Part shown: positions 1 to 12,450 of the stretch, one piece after another
Layout of the letters: the number at the start of each line of letters is the position of its first letter
Numbering within the stretch: the stretch's first letter is position 1
Origin: Lepidodermella squamata
Lineage: Eukaryota > Animalia > Gastrotricha
Reading direction: 5' to 3'
NCBI GenBank assembly: GCA_047495785.1
Contig: JBLDXI010000015.1
Location: 2,418,001 to 2,482,000, forward strand
Length of the DNA stretch: 64,000 bases
Program-made: the position numbers and the translations under genes
The notes under the pieces: model-generated
Seen by the model: the letters and a program-made list of their open reading frames with translations, nothing else
Databases searched by the model: none
What the model was told of the DNA's origin: nothing

Positions 1-2374
1 TGGCCGCTTTTGCAACGTAACAATGCAAATTGTTGTCGATGCTGTCAACAAAAGGCCGGATTTGCTGCCAGGCTATCGCATTAGTCTCGAACTTATGGAC
101 GAAGGAGGTTCGGGGGACTTTGGTCCAGTTAGATTCATGAACGGCATGCGCCGTTTTGAAGCAGATCCTCGTAATTTGGTTTCCCCAGTGGTTGTTGGTC
201 CGTTCTTCGGAGCTGGCTGCCTGAAATTATCCAGAATGCTAACACAGCACAACATGATTCATGTTCCTCATTCTTGCTCTGAGCCAGCCATGACCGGCAA
301 CAGGCGTCAGTTTCCGAACATTTTCAGGACCTTTATCCCTACGGAGATGATATCAGTAGCTAGGATCAAATTCATTCGCGAAGTTGCGAAATGGTCGAAG
401 GTCGCGGTTCTTGCTTCGAGCGCCTCTTTCGACGCTACGATATCCATCGACTTCTATCGGAAGGCTTCCAAGGCTGGGATGAAAGTAGTCTGGCTAGATT
501 TCGTCGATCCCAACATCTACCCGATCGGTGAATCCTTCACTGCCGCGTTGAAGAAAAGTGGCGCTAGGGTCATTGTTATTGGAAGTAACGGCGCATTTGC
601 AGCGTACAGATTTCTATGCAGCCTTTACGAGTTAGGGATTAGGGGACAAAATTACGCATTTGTGATGACGAGCCCAACAATTATGCGATTTACCCCGCAA
701 TCGATCCCGGCAGGGTGTACCATGAAAGCCCTCCTAGAACAAGTTAGATTAGCAATTTGGGCCGGTTACTCACAAGAATCATCTGGCTACTATGGTAAAT
801 CAACGGGGATAGGAATTGATTTGCCGGAATTCGAGAGATTGTTGGACCAAAGAACGAATGGTTCCAGGTTATCAGATTACGAGAGTCGTCATAGATACTA
901 CGATCAAATACTCCAGGCAGTACTAATTCTTAATGGGACTAATGAGTATCTACAGAGTATTGGGAAGTCCTTTCACGACTTTTCCAGATCACCGACAGAG
1001 ATTGAAGAAGTTACCAAATCTGTAGCCACGAATCTCAGTTTCGTCGGGCTGAGGGCAGGTTTCACAAAATACTCTTCGCGTATTGAGCTCGATTATGAGA
1101 CCCAATGGATATATCAATACGTTAATGATTCATTCAAAGCAATAGCTAAAACAGTTTACAGCGGTAACGGAGATCCGAATGACTACTTGAATCATGGGAT
1201 ATCGTTCGTTTCTGAGGTCACTTGGCCAGGTGAACTTGGGATCCCACCTCGAGATGCTCCGCGGTTCATTGAAGAAGTTACAGAAGTTCCATGGGCGTTG
1301 CCTTTAATTGTAACCATTGCAACGGTGGTTTCGATCGCGCAAATAGTTCTCTGGTGTTCAGCTTATCTACTTCCAGGGAACGAAGGAATACGAGCTAATT
1401 TAAGATTTGACACCACGAAGTTCCAGACAAGCAAACTCGTCTTTCTCGTTGCGCTAATTTCCTTCAACATAGCCGCTGTTCTTTTCTCAGCAACAGGAAC
1501 TATCCTTTCCCCATCATTATGTATAGCCCAGAGGGTTCTGTTAACTTTTGGACTTTCACTTACAACTGGAGTTATTTTTGCTTTCGTCAGCTATTTCCGA
1601 AAAGAGTGTATGAGGCTGCATGCACGTAAAAGTAGTAGCAGAATCCGCAACGTTCAAGGAAGCACAACTTTCACGAATGAAAATCGGCGAACTGAAAATA
1701 GCGATAGAAACGCTGTAACCCCGGTAGCAATGTTTCCTGGCAGAAAACCTCGCTTGACCAATGGCGAATCCCTACTGAAAGATCAGAGTTACATTCTGAG
1801 AAGATCAGTTGGATTCTGTGCTGCAAATGGTGTCATATTGCTGGGAGTAATGGCGTCGGACAGCTATTCAGTTTCTGATGTAAACGCTGACAAAGATCCA
1901 TATTACGACGCGGCGACAGATACATACACAACGGTTTTGATAAAGGCATGCAAGTCAGCTAATTCGAATGAAATCTACTGGGTTGCAACTATCGCGGCTG
2001 TGAATTTCTTCACTCAACTGTTCACTCTCCCTCGTGCTCACGACTTGCAACGTGAAGCTAATTACGTGGCTCATAATTACTCCACTCCTGTCAGCGTGAA
2101 GAACTTCTTAAAAGAAGCCCGACTGTTGACATTAGCTGCCCTGAATGTTGTAATACTATCCATAGCTGGAGCTTCAGTTATTGCAGTTGTTTCGGAATCT
2201 CGGGACAGACGAACGGTTTATCTTATCCTACCCGTGCTGATTTCGGCATTAATCCTATTGATTTCAGTTTCCACTAGCTGCATAATTTTCTGGATGCGTA
2301 TCAATTTCTTTTCGTTTTACGCCAATGCCAAAGCAAACGGGGTGATGCGGGGCGCGAGACTCGATTCCGCATGA
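1..2374 (+). CDS. GABA-B-like class C GPCR, copy A (5' end outside window, intronless)
   Basis: Frame is open from base 2 and aligns to the 13056 paralog, which has a signal peptide. Venus-flytrap/ANF-receptor-like ectodomain (VNKRPDLLPGYRI, FPNIFRT, ARVIV..FLCSLY...GQNY), W..GxPPRD linker with no Cys-rich domain, seven hydrophobic segments, TM3 Cys and ECL2 Cys. Confidence 0.88.
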   Translation, partial: GRFCNVTMQIVVDAVNKRPDLLPGYRISLELMDEGGSGDFGPVRFMNGMRRFEADPRNLVSPVVVGPFFGAGCLKLSRMLTQHNMIHVPHSCSEPAMTGNRRQFPNIFRTFIPTEMISVARIKFIREVAKWSKVAVLASSASFDATISIDFYRKASKAGMKVVWLDFVDPNIYPIGESFTAALKKSGARVIVIGSNGAFAAYRFLCSLYELGIRGQNYAFVMTSPTIMRFTPQSIPAGCTMKALLEQVRLAIWAGYSQESSGYYGKSTGIGIDLPEFERLLDQRTNGSRLSDYESRHRYYDQILQAVLILNGTNEYLQSIGKSFHDFSRSPTEIEEVTKSVATNLSFVGLRAGFTKYSSRIELDYETQWIYQYVNDSFKAIAKTVYSGNGDPNDYLNHGISFVSEVTWPGELGIPPRDAPRFIEEVTEVPWALPLIVTIATVVSIAQIVLWCSAYLLPGNEGIRANLRFDTTKFQTSKLVFLVALISFNIAAVLFSATGTILSPSLCIAQRVLLTFGLSLTTGVIFAFVSYFRKECMRLHARKSSSRIRNVQGSTTFTNENRRTENSDRNAVTPVAMFPGRKPRLTNGESLLKDQSYILRRSVGFCAANGVILLGVMASDSYSVSDVNADKDPYYDAATDTYTTVLIKACKSANSNEIYWVATIAAVNFFTQLFTLPRAHDLQREANYVAHNYSTPVSVKNFLKEARLLTLAALNVVILSIAGASVIAVVSESRDRRTVYLILPVLISALILLISVSTSCIIFWMRINFFSFYANAKANGVMRGARLDSA

Positions 2375-2725
2375 TTTTCTGTCGGAACGCCCAATGTATT
2401 AATAGCATACTTGAAATAACTTCTCACATTTACATACCTGGAAGTGTTAAGTGACGTTGAATTAAACTGAAACAACAGGGTGCTATTCGAGACATTTATT
2501 CCAAGTTATTCTTGCACGACTTGGGTAGAATCAGCACTCAACATTCATCTTTAAACATTATAAAGAAAGCGAGACATTTTTAATCGCAGTCCAGAAATTA
2601 AAAGACAAGTCAAGCTTAGGACTTCGGCTATGAAAACGCATGCATGCTAGATGTCTTTTCCAGTCAGTTTTCGATTTTCGGAAGGCACAAAGTTGCGATG
2701 TACATGTGCAACTTATATACGATAT

Positions 2726-4280
2726 TTATCGCTTGTAGTTCCGACGTTCTTTTCTATACGCCTTCATCTTAACAACTACGTTTCCCCTTCCACGGTTGCC
2801 GAACGGTGTCCAGAAATCGACCCCAGTCGCTGCAATAAATTGATCGATTGTTATCTCATTGAAGCTTCCTTCGCTGTTATCCCAATCCAGGAACCTGTCC
2901 ATCATTCGATATTCGACAGGTTTATACAATTGCCGATGGCCACCGCATTCCTCAGCCGGTAAGGCTGAGACCACCCGCCGAGGTTGAGGTTCAGCTGGCA
3001 GGGCTCTGACCACCTGCCGAGTCTGAGGTGCAGCTGGTAAGGCAGTGACTACCTGCCGAGTTTGAGGGACAATCGGAGGAGAAATCGGCGTCGGTGCCTG
3101 CCGAGTTTGAGGTGCGATTGGAGGAGAAATTGGCGCCGGTGAATGATTACGCGTTGGTGCTTCGCTAATTGCTGTTTGCGTTGACCTGCTTTCCGGTTGA
3201 ACAGGCATCCTTGAGACAGCGCATTGGAAAAGGCATCTAAGGGCGTTGAGAATCGACTCGTCTCCGCCGATGTTTTCCACTGCTTTAGCGACCATTGAGT
3301 CGAGAATCTTGAGTTGTAGGGCCGATTTCCAGCGTGATCTCCGATTTCTTAGCTACAGCCTCGTAGAGCTCTGCATCGGTAGTAATTAAATCTGCGGCCT
3401 TTTTGCCTACTCGAAGAGAAATCGTAAAATCCGATTTGATCTGGAAGCTTTCAGCTATGATTGTCTTCAGCTGGTCAACTTTAAATGCCCCATCAGTTGA
3501 TTGGTACACTATGGTCTTTTTCAAAGGACCACATGTGACGATGACTCTTACCATTTCCAGCTGCCTAAAACATAAATAAAAATATCAGAACATTAAAGGT
3601 GATAAAACAACCCGCAATAGCAAGGCATCGATTGATTCACGCCTTTTAATATGGATTCTAGGGACTATAAATTGCGCCGAAGTCCAATTTGGAGCTAGTC
3701 ACAAACCCGTAGTATGACTCGTGTTTGAAGAAAGTTGTTGTCTATAGATTTTAGCTCAAAGCTCCAAAATTTCAAGTTGACCTGAAGTTGGTCATTTCTA
3801 CACTTACAAATGAATAAATAGACGGCGCTTAGTACTTCAGTCTTCATTAGCTCTTATTCTGCATGAAACCATTAATGCCTGAGTTCACGATGCTGAATGG
3901 CTTAAAAGCCATTTTTTATTTGTGTATATAATAAGGAACTATACCCCAGCGAAGCAGAGGTAAGATAGAAATATATATTGCTTCATAGAAAAATCATACT
4001 GAAATGTTGTTCAGGTTATTTTTGGACTCAGGTATAGGTCTCAGTATAGGTAATATTAGCAATATAGGGATACTTATCACTTATTCCTATTTTGTGTATT
4101 TGGTGGGACGCCGCTACCTGTGTAATAAAATTGAATAAATAAAACTTTTAGGAAGAAAAATGTTATAGACCAAAGGCAGATTTCAAGGGTGTGAATTACT
4201 TACGAGCTCTGGCGTCGGCTTTTCAGCTTGATTTGAAGGCGAGCTTTGATAGGACGCAAGCAGTCAAACAATGCTAGCAT
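2726..4280 (-). pseudogene. PB1/ubiquitin-like + Pro/Gln linker + Myb-like protein, frameshifted copy (exon1 4280-4204, exon2 3564-2726)
   Basis: Paralog of 16318-17715 with the same 77-nt first exon (GTAAGT donor, TTTTAG acceptor, phase 2). A 2-nt deletion near 3309 (CAA G-- ATT CTC vs CAG GCT ATC CTC) splits the frame into ORFs 3285-3554 and 2726-3295. Could be a sequencing error. Confidence 0.7.
2957..3140 (-). repeat. Coding tandem repeats (~39-45 nt; PISPPIxPQTRQ / VVxALPAxPQxRx)
   Basis: About five imperfect units are visible in the translation; the 16318 paralog has fewer. Confidence 0.75.
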
Positions 4281-5900
4281 TTTGAGCGAGATTTGAAACT
4301 ATTGAAATTATTGTCACAATGATATTCTAAAGTAAAATAAATTGAAATGAAATTCGTCGCTGGGAATCGATATTTTCAAGGTGATTACAGGATAAAGGAA
4401 ATCAGGATATAGGAAAGAGGGTCGTTAAACTGGACTCGGATAGATCCATTCGGAGGCTCCATCTGCTAGTGAAAAAGCACTCGTCGTGCAATAAAGCTCT
4501 TTTTTGGAAATTGGTGAGCAATGAAAATCTAGACGGCTAAAAAATTGCTAAACAATGGACGCATCGCAGCTAATTGGACGCGGCCTATTTTTCTTGAGTC
4601 AATATATTCATGCATGATGAAGGGGCGCTTCTATTTCCGGCCGGGTTGAGTTATTCAACTTATGTAAATTAATCCCCTAGAGCTCTTATTTTTTTGTCTG
4701 GAAGTCGCAGAAAAGTTGGGATAGCCAGAAATAATTTCATCCCGTTTCGCCTTCTCGAGTTTCTCATCTGTACCAAAATCTTGGATTCAAAAGTCAATAA
4801 TAATTATAATCAATAAGTCATACTTTGCTTCGAGATTTCAGTTAACAACTGTTAACAACACATGAAACAAAGGAACAAAACTATATCTGAATTATAGGTC
4901 ATTGTTTCAATACGGCTTCGATAGCTCCCCCAATTTCCCTTAAATGGAGTTGTTTAAGACCAGAGCATGCGGGTATACGATGAATGGAAAAATGAAAAAT
5001 ATTCAGCTCAAATGATGGTAAACATTACAACTCTATAAAAGATGCGCAGTAAAAATGAGATGCGATTGCCCTCAAACGCAATTAACTTCGGTGATGACTT
5101 TGACCTGACTACCCGAGCTGTATACTCTACTCTACATACTGTGAGGAAATGAAAACGAACTGTAAGTTATAGACAGTAAAATCAAACTAAAAACTACATA
5201 ATAATAGAAGAGAAATAACACATAGGGTGAGTGCCGTTGGTTCAGGGTTGTAAATAACTTAACCGCATTACAATGATGCAATAGCAGTTGTTATTTGGTG
5301 TCATGTTTTATAAAAAGCAAATTAGGCCGCAAAATATGAAAGCGGTTATAATCACAACAAAATATCGGCTTATTTAAACTCCTTTGCCTAAAACAGAATC
5401 GATACTGGTTTCGGTGGGCTGATTTTGGATTATGTATATAAATCGCCTATGTGCTCCTCGTGCGTTTTTCTCAAGAGGAACTCGCCTGCTCTAAACCGAT
5501 CTCAACTGCACGACTCAAATTTAAACGGGATAGAGAAAACTGTTTTTTGCACCACTGAAGTCGACGTTCCTGCACTAGAATTCCAGCACTAAATTAATTA
5601 CGAGGTACAACTATCTAACACGTTGTTTTCCAAAATCGCGGCTCACTTCAATGAGGCATCCGCATAGCGCAAGTTGAATTCAGCAACAGCTATTTCAAAA
5701 AGGCTCGGAATCTTTCGGAACTTTTATTTGCGAGTATATTAACCGACAAAGAAAGCGAAACGAAGGAATTTGAGTTATAATAATTTGATAGTATTAGATA
5801 CTCTGAAGCTGCAAATGTTTAACAAATACCACATAGGTATACGGAGCGAATAAACATAAAAGCAGATGATCTCAGGTTTGAAATAGGTTCGTTAATCAAT

Positions 5901-6530
5901 TTATCTTCGATTTATCTTCGAATCACCCTCCTTTTCATAAAGCTTGAGCTTGGTTAAAACAGCGCTCTTCGTTCTGGAACCAAAGGGCGCCCAGAAATCG
6001 ATTTTACAGGCCTTGCTGAACCTCGAAACGGAGGCTTTGAAGTCAATTAAAGAGACTTTGGAGATTTGTATATGTGGAGAAGATGGAAGATTTGGCAATT
6101 CATTGTTCCAAAGCAGGTATGCGTCCAGCATAGCGAGCTCTACTCGCAAATATCTGGCGTGCGGTTTGCCGACCTCTTGTTGCGTATCGTCGTCACACGG
6201 TTTTTCTGATTTTATTGCCTGGGGCAAATGGGCATTATTTGCTGTCAGAGGCAACAAAGGAGCCCTTGTCTGCATGGCCAATTTCTCCGCCGGAGTCGGT
6301 CCAACAATCAACTTCACCCGGGTCCTGCCTTCTACCAAACTGCTGAATGAATCATCATCGCTGACGAGAAATTTGCTGCCGCCACGTTCGACAGTAACCG
6401 AGAAGGACTTTGGATTGATTTCAAATCGTGAAGCTATTTCTTCGATCAATTCCGAAAAATATCGGTGTTCCATTGTACAAAATTTCACTTCTGACAGGAA
6501 ATCGCAGCATGTCACTTGCAACATGACCAT
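5901..6530 (-). CDS. PB1/ubiquitin-like + Myb-like protein, subfamily 2, copy A
   Basis: 209-aa ORF. N-terminus (LQVTCC..LVSDDDSF..VKLIVGPT) and C-terminus (ELAMLD..DFWAPFGSRTKSAVLTKLKLY) are shared with the 18688 and 16318 genes. An AG acceptor 17 nt upstream of ATG suggests an upstream exon. Confidence 0.75.
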   Translation of the reverse strand: MVMLQVTCCDFLSEVKFCTMEHRYFSELIEEIASRFEINPKSFSVTVERGGSKFLVSDDDSFSSLVEGRTRVKLIVGPTPAEKLAMQTRAPLLPLTANNAHLPQAIKSEKPCDDDTQQEVGKPHARYLRVELAMLDAYLLWNNELPNLPSSPHIQISKVSLIDFKASVSRFSKACKIDFWAPFGSRTKSAVLTKLKLYEKEGDSKINRR

Positions 6531-7549
6531 TTTTGCACGTAAAGAACCTATAAATGAAGATGTGCCATTTTTAGAAAATGAGATCGATCATCGATCACGG
6601 AGTATGCAAGCAGTCGAAGCTAAGATTTCGTTCGAAGATCATAGTAAAAACTTTTGTATCGAGCAAAAAATTCTCCAAAATAACGGAAATAACACGTGGA
6701 AACAGTTCATGTCAAACTCCTCGGCATTTACAGAGGGGCCCTTGCAATCAAAGAAAAAAGTGGCTAAAGCGCAAAAAGTCAATGAAATAAAAGCCATGAA
6801 GCTAAATAAAAAGAGGAACAACAACAAGCGAGACCGGTTCAGGGTTGTAAATCTTGTATACTGGCACCGGCTAGTGCTGTTTCTCTTGTTGCGAAAAGAA
6901 AGCTTGACAAGTCGGTGAGGTGTCACTATTATCTCACTAGTCAGAGGTCACATCAACACCTTTGTACTTTAATGTGGTACACGGAAATATCATTTATTCT
7001 TCCAGGATGTAAGATGTAACCACAGTTATACTCGGTGTTTAACCGCAATACTTGTGTCAAGACGATTCTAATAATATAATATGCTGTCTATTATTCAACT
7101 TCTGCTGTCATGTGACATTATCGGGAACCGTTCGCAATATTTGATACTTGTTTCGTAAGATAATGCAAATGAAAAACGCAGCCGATATTGTTATCAGTGG
7201 GCTGATTTTAAATTATGCAAATAAATATCCCAGTGCTTCGTGCTTCTGGGGTTTTCAGAATCTTGAAAGAGGATTCTTCACAGAAAAGCCAGCTGCAGGA
7301 TTGAAATTGAAGACTACAAGTTACCGTTTCATAGTCCTCGACTCCAAACATTATCGTTACCTGCTGGTGTGCCGTGAAAGTAAATTGCAATTTGTTCGAT
7401 TTATTTATTAATCCGAAAACAACCAATATTCACCAGATAATAGTCAATTAAGGATTCAGACTATAGAATTATATTTAGGCACGTAAAAGGGAAGTAGAGC
7501 ATCAATAGTTGTTTTGAATTTCGTTACTTTCACTTGGTTGGCTTGGCCA

Positions 7550-8016
7550 CTAAACCGACCACCAAAACAGCATACCAGCAATATGAACCGGTCTCATACA
7601 AGCGCAAAACAAATTGTCCCATCGTTCGTCACGGCCCTGACAGACCCTCCAGGCTCTGCACCTAAATAGTAAAAGTATGCAATTTAAATGGAAAATATAT
7701 ATTTAATATGGAGGGATTTGATTGCTGGTTGTATACTGAAAGAGCACGGAAAATGAGATCAGAACGATGTAAAGCAATTAACAATGATTTTTCATCGTTC
7801 AGCTCTTTTTCGCTCATTTCTCTTCGCTGCTAACCTGCATTCGCAATTAGCCATCAGCTCTTGATGTGGCAGACACTGAGCATTTGGACACCAGAGTTCT
7901 CTGAAGTGGTCCGCACTCACAATTTGATAACGCACAGGGTCCGAAATAGCAATTTCAACGACGAGGCTCAAACAAACTAAGATTGTGAGAACTGCAACGC
8001 TTCTCATGTTAGCCAT
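7550..8016 (-). CDS. Secreted 8-Cys peptide P1 (exon1 8016-7835, exon2 7661-7550; 97 aa)
   Basis: Signal-like MANMRSVAVLTILVCLSLVVEIAIS, then HFRELWCPNAQCLPHQELMANCEC-R-CRAWRVCQGRDERWDNLFCACMRPVHIAGMLFWWSV*. GTTAGC donor and TTTAG acceptor give an in-frame join. Confidence 0.85.
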
Positions 8017-8082
8017 TATTACATTCCAAGCTTCCACACAATTTACTGAACGGGCTTAAAAAACCAGAAACAGTGTTTTTCC

Positions 8083-8195
8083 ACTGAACTTGAATTAATT
8101 AAACAAGTTTCAACATTTATAGGGCGGTTATTTTTGAATATTCAAAACGACGAGTTTGATGAATCAATGTGACACATCAGCCACAAAAAGCTATA
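8083..8195 (-). promoter_or_regulatory. Conserved peptide-family promoter (TGATG(C/T)GTCACATTGATTCATCAAAC block, TATA box, TCAGT initiator)
   Basis: TATAAA at 8121-8116 and TCAGT about 30 nt downstream. The same block recurs upstream of most array members. Confidence 0.65.
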
Positions 8196-8744
8196 GTCAT
8201 CATGTTTAGTTTCAGTGGACCGTAGTGTGGGGCTAATTGAAAAAAGCAACGTTGTTTTTGCAGCCTGCTGAACATGATTGAAACTACGGGACTTACTCGG
8301 TTATTTTAGTGAGCGCATATCTATACACATAGTGTAATTTTTGTTTCAAATAAAAGGCTTCAACATCAAAATAGCGCAGCATATTCATTGCTTTTGTTTT
8401 CGAAACTGGCTTTTCGTTCTTCTTAATTAAGTACAATCCTATTTTATTGCCCCGGCATCTATTTATCCATCATAATCATCTGCGTTGGTGTGCCGCGAAA
8501 ACGGATTGAATACTGTATCGCGAGGTCTTATTCCGGATGGGGTAAATTCGGACACTTTTACTATGAATACAATTACCAGGGACAAAAGCTGCAACTTCTG
8601 GACTTGACCCGAAGAAACTCGAGGTTTCGAATCAATTCCCGAGAGCTTCAAGTCAGACGTTCAGCGCATTTCGCACTTACATATCCCCTTATCTGAAGAT
8701 GAGTTGGGTTGGTTCCGAGCAACAGTTGAATAGTGAGTGTATAC

Positions 8745-10175
8745 CAGTGGTTCCCAAACTTTTTTATTTAAAACGGAAGGTCTATTCGTACATAGTACTC
8801 TAGAGGAAGCTACATAGTAAACATAGTAAACATAGTAATTTTGCATAATAACACTTTTAAGTCAGAGTTTTTTTTAAGGGGTGGACATGGTTGACAATGT
8901 CAACACCAAAGCGGGTCAATGTCAACACCAAAACAAGGCGCATCACCCGGGCCAGACAGCAAAATGAGAATTTATCCCACTGATTTGTTAATTTTTAGAG
9001 GTTTAGGAGCGTGTTTCAGTTGGAAATCTTCAAAGTTTTCTCGCTTCGCTCGCTTATTAGCGGAGTTTAGCAAATACAGGAATTACAATTTCCATTCTTG
9101 ACAGCTCCGGGATCCAAGATCGCACCCTGCGGCCGAGGGAGAGAATTGAACCGCCTTAGAATAACCCTTTTGATTTAAGCTCTTATTCCTGAAAAATGTC
9201 CACCGAATTGAAAAATAACAAGAACATTTCTGAGATTTATTATGTGTGAAATTTACTAATGGCTTTTATATTTTCTTACGTTTACTCACGGGTAACATCG
9301 TGCAAGTCGCTAGAGTGCCTCGCGGAGAGATTCGTCATCATGACGCGAAAAACATCCTATTTTAGACTACTTTCAGCCAAAATTACGTGAAAAACCGTTA
9401 GCTAAAGCTCGCTGCGCTCGCAAGTTTACATATGTCTAATCATTGCTCACTATCAACAGAATCGAAGTATTGAGAAATGACGATATCGCGAGCGAGCGTA
9501 GCGAGCGAGCGAACGATTTTTATATCCATGTCTTTATGTCAACACCAAAAAACATAAAGTCAACACCACTGGATTCCTTAAAAAACACACTGTTTAAGTT
9601 GGATTTTTTAAAAGACGCGAGCGAAGCGAGCAATGCATTTCAGCCACCGAAAACCTTGCCCCGCCGTGAAACGCGAGCGAAGCGAGCATCACGGGGCAAG
9701 GTTTGAGTCGAGCGTAGCGAGAAGGCAGTGCGCTATCGAACTTGAATTTTTTCGAGCGGAGCGAGAAAACCCATTGAAAATATGCGCTGCGACCGTCTAA
9801 CGCCCTATCGTCCGATTTTTTCGGTAGAGCAAAGCTAGCTTGATAATGTTTCGCCTCGCCATATTATGCGAGTTTTTCCTCGAATCTAGCCTTCCCTTGG
9901 GCCTTATAAATACATATTAAATATAAAAGATCATGCCCCTATGGAAGAGTCACCACGCTGTATAGGTAATCTGACTTCAGTTTTGAGCCGCTTTTTTGAA
10001 CACTTTGGGTGATGATCCAACGAAATTTACCTACAAAATAACTCTCACTTTGATGCGTCTACCTGTAAAATTTCATCTAACGTCAAATTTCGAATTTCCA
10101 CACCTTGCTAAAAAAACGCGCAAGACTATGTACGAATAGCAATTTTCGCGTAAATAGTTATGTACGAATAGCTTG
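8745..10175. mobile_element. Nested non-autonomous DNA element remnants replacing exon 1 of a peptide gene
   Basis: Absent from the paralogous position (~22000). Starts with hAT-like CAGTGGTTCCCAAACTT. Inverted repeat CTATTCGTACATAGT 8782-8796 vs 10125-10139. Possible inner TTAA-flanked element 8878-9577. Many GCGAGCGAAGCGAGC motifs. Confidence 0.55.
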
Positions 10176-10209
10176 ATCCTATTTAAAATTGCATATATTT
10201 ATTCTTTAG

Positions 10210-10444
10210 ATGCAGGAGAACAGCCTGTTGGGGCGAGAAGTTATGGGACTACACTTCTTGCACTTGTCAGAGGCCATTGTACACGGCATGGGCTGCTTCT
10301 GGGATGGAATTGAGACGGCAGTCAGGCCGAAGTATGTCAACGATCATGGAGACTATCAACTCGAAATTTCTCGATATTCAACGAAATCACCGTGAAACCT
10401 ATTATCGCGAACTCACTGGAGAGCCGGTAGACCTTGTAGCGTAA
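10210..10444 (+). pseudogene. Orphan exon 2 of 8-Cys peptide gene (P2)
   Basis: TTTAG|A-CRRTACWGEKLWDYTSCTCQRPLYTAWAASGM... with no exon 1 upstream; TE sequence lies there instead. Confidence 0.75.
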
Positions 10445-11098
10445 CACTAAATCGCGAATTAAAGGCAAATACTTAGGCTAGGCCTACTAATTGCGAATAT
10501 AGGCCTACATCTATGCGTAGGATAGACCAGCATTTTTTCTAGGCCTAAGATAGGGCTTAAAGTCCTAGCGTAGCCCTAGCCGCTTTCATCTTAGCCACTT
10601 ACCGTGAACACAAACCATTCCTTTAACAGGGTTTTAAGGAACTACGTAGAAGATCTTAAGTTTCACTGTAATTGTAACAGCCGTATAAGTACTTAATAGT
10701 TTTAAACCTGAATGCTTTTGTATTTTATTTTATGTGGGGAATCTGATAAATGGTATCGGATAAATAGGTAAATACTGTAAGGTGTGGATAATTTCCGACG
10801 CGCTAATTTCTACCCCTTGGCAATTTATTGAGAATCTTGGTTATTTTATTGAACTTGCAACAGCTCTACCGCATTTCTAAAAAAATCACCTGCCCAGTTT
10901 CACGGCGCACTTTATTAGACGTGAAAGCTCTGTTGGCAAACAAGTCTTATGCGGATCATCACTGATGTCCATTTTCTACGCGTGTAATTTTCACCAGATT
11001 ATCGGCAATATAGGCGTTGGAATAATGCGTTAGTAAGTATGTGAGAGTTTACATAGTTATCTGTCGTATCGTTACAGCGGCGGTTGATCCACCTCAAA

Positions 11099-11451
11099 TC
11101 ATGGCCCATACCAGGCTATAAGAAAGGGCCTCACACAAACGCAAATCTTCTCGTGCCATCGCTCCGCGCTACTACACGCTTTTCTCCTGCACCTAAATAA
11201 TAAATGAGTATAGTATGCAATTTTGAATAAATAAGATATCTCTATCATTGTGGTTGACTTACTACTAACTTGCATTCACAACTAAAAGTCTGCACTTGGT
11301 AGTACGGACACCTCGAATTTGGACACCATACATTTTTGAAATGGGTCGCACTCAAAATTGGGCGTGTATTCGCATGGTTCGAACTGCCGATTTCGACGAG
11401 ACTCAAATGAACAAAGACTATGAAAACTACACTAATTCTCATGCTAGCCAT
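11099..11451 (-). CDS. Secreted 8-Cys peptide P3 (exon1 11451-11270, exon2 11192-11099; 91 aa)
   Basis: HFKNVWCPNSRCPYYQVQTFSCEC-K-CRRKACSSAERWHEKICVCVRPFLIAWYGP*; 77-nt GT-AG intron. Confidence 0.85.
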
Positions 11452-11668
11452 TATTGTTTATCAAGCTTACAGCAAACGTTGAGCTGAATTTGAATAGCTT
11501 GTAAACAGCGGAAAACGATTTGAGGTGGGCAATTGCTGCTCAGCCTTGATCTCATCAAAATAAATGAATGGCATTATCGGAGCCAGCGGCTTCAGGCCAG
11601 AAAAAGCTTTCCAGCATAAACAAATAACTTTACCCGTGACGTTCTCTTCAAACAAGTAGGGATTTGAA

Positions 11669-12050
11669 ATGGCTGATAGAATATGTTATCAAATTCAGGG
11701 ATCAGGGCGGGGGCCATATGAAGTTGATACGGGATCATAGGATGAGCTACATAGTGGCAAAGGAGATGACACCACTGAGATTGTACTAGCAAGCGACGAG
11801 CATTACTCAAAGCTGTGGTGTAAAAATGCACGGTGCCTGTCCAATGAAGAGCTGGCCGATTGAATGCATGTGAATGCAAGTTAGCAAAAAAACCTCCTCA
11901 ATATAGAGACATCTTTTTAATTGAAATTTCCTATATCTATTCTTCAGGTGCAGGATAAAAACTTGTACTGTTGAGGCGACTGGCAATGGAACGACATTTC
12001 TTGTACCTGTCTCCTGTCTGAGGCCGTTCCGCTCGAAATGGCCGTTTAGT
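11669..12050 (+). pseudogene. 8-Cys peptide pseudogene P4
   Basis: HYSKLWCKNARCLSNEELA at 11801. In-frame TAG at ~11738, no signal peptide, 2-nt insertion before CEC, frameshifted exon 2 from 11948. Confidence 0.75.
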
Positions 12051-12347
12051 TGGTGGGGTTGGTGGGAATGAAGTCAGCTGCCATACCAAATTAAAAAAAA
12101 ACATACTTTGAGACTCCTATTATTACACCACGTCGTATGCTCTATTGTTTTCTCAACCCATAAATCCTTTATTGCTGATTATCTGGTGGGTTAGGCCATT
12201 CGTAATACCGTAAACTCCCAAATACAAGCCCAGGCGGCACTAAAAAGAACATCAACGTGCCGACAAAGAGGTGCAAAGAGGTGATTCCAAATTCACTTCT
12301 TATTTTTGCAGGCCAGTTTATTAGCTGTTGTGGAAGGTGGAAAAACA

Positions 12348-12450
12348 ATGACCGATGACAGAACTGTTTTATTTCCCGCACTCTTTGTTCCTCTGATTCT
12401 AATCGTCGAAATGCCGAACTCTAAGCAGGCCAATTTTGAAACGGCTAGCA
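12348..12450 (+). pseudogene. 5' fragment (signal region only) of 8-Cys peptide gene P5
   Basis: MTDDRTVLFPALFVPLILIVEMPN matches MADNRAVLIRALFVSLVLFVEIAM (22304) and MADNSTVLIRALFV (27252), including the 5' flank. No Cys core follows. Confidence 0.65.

Noticed and set aside
5944-6918. 324-aa + strand ORF
   Set aside because: Antisense shadow of the 5901-6530 gene, non-ATG start, and not preserved in the paralogous 18688-19900 region.
7148-7411. Duplicated small ORF (also 20230-20568)
   Set aside because: Paralogous flanking DNA with large indels and different starts; no sign of coding constraint.
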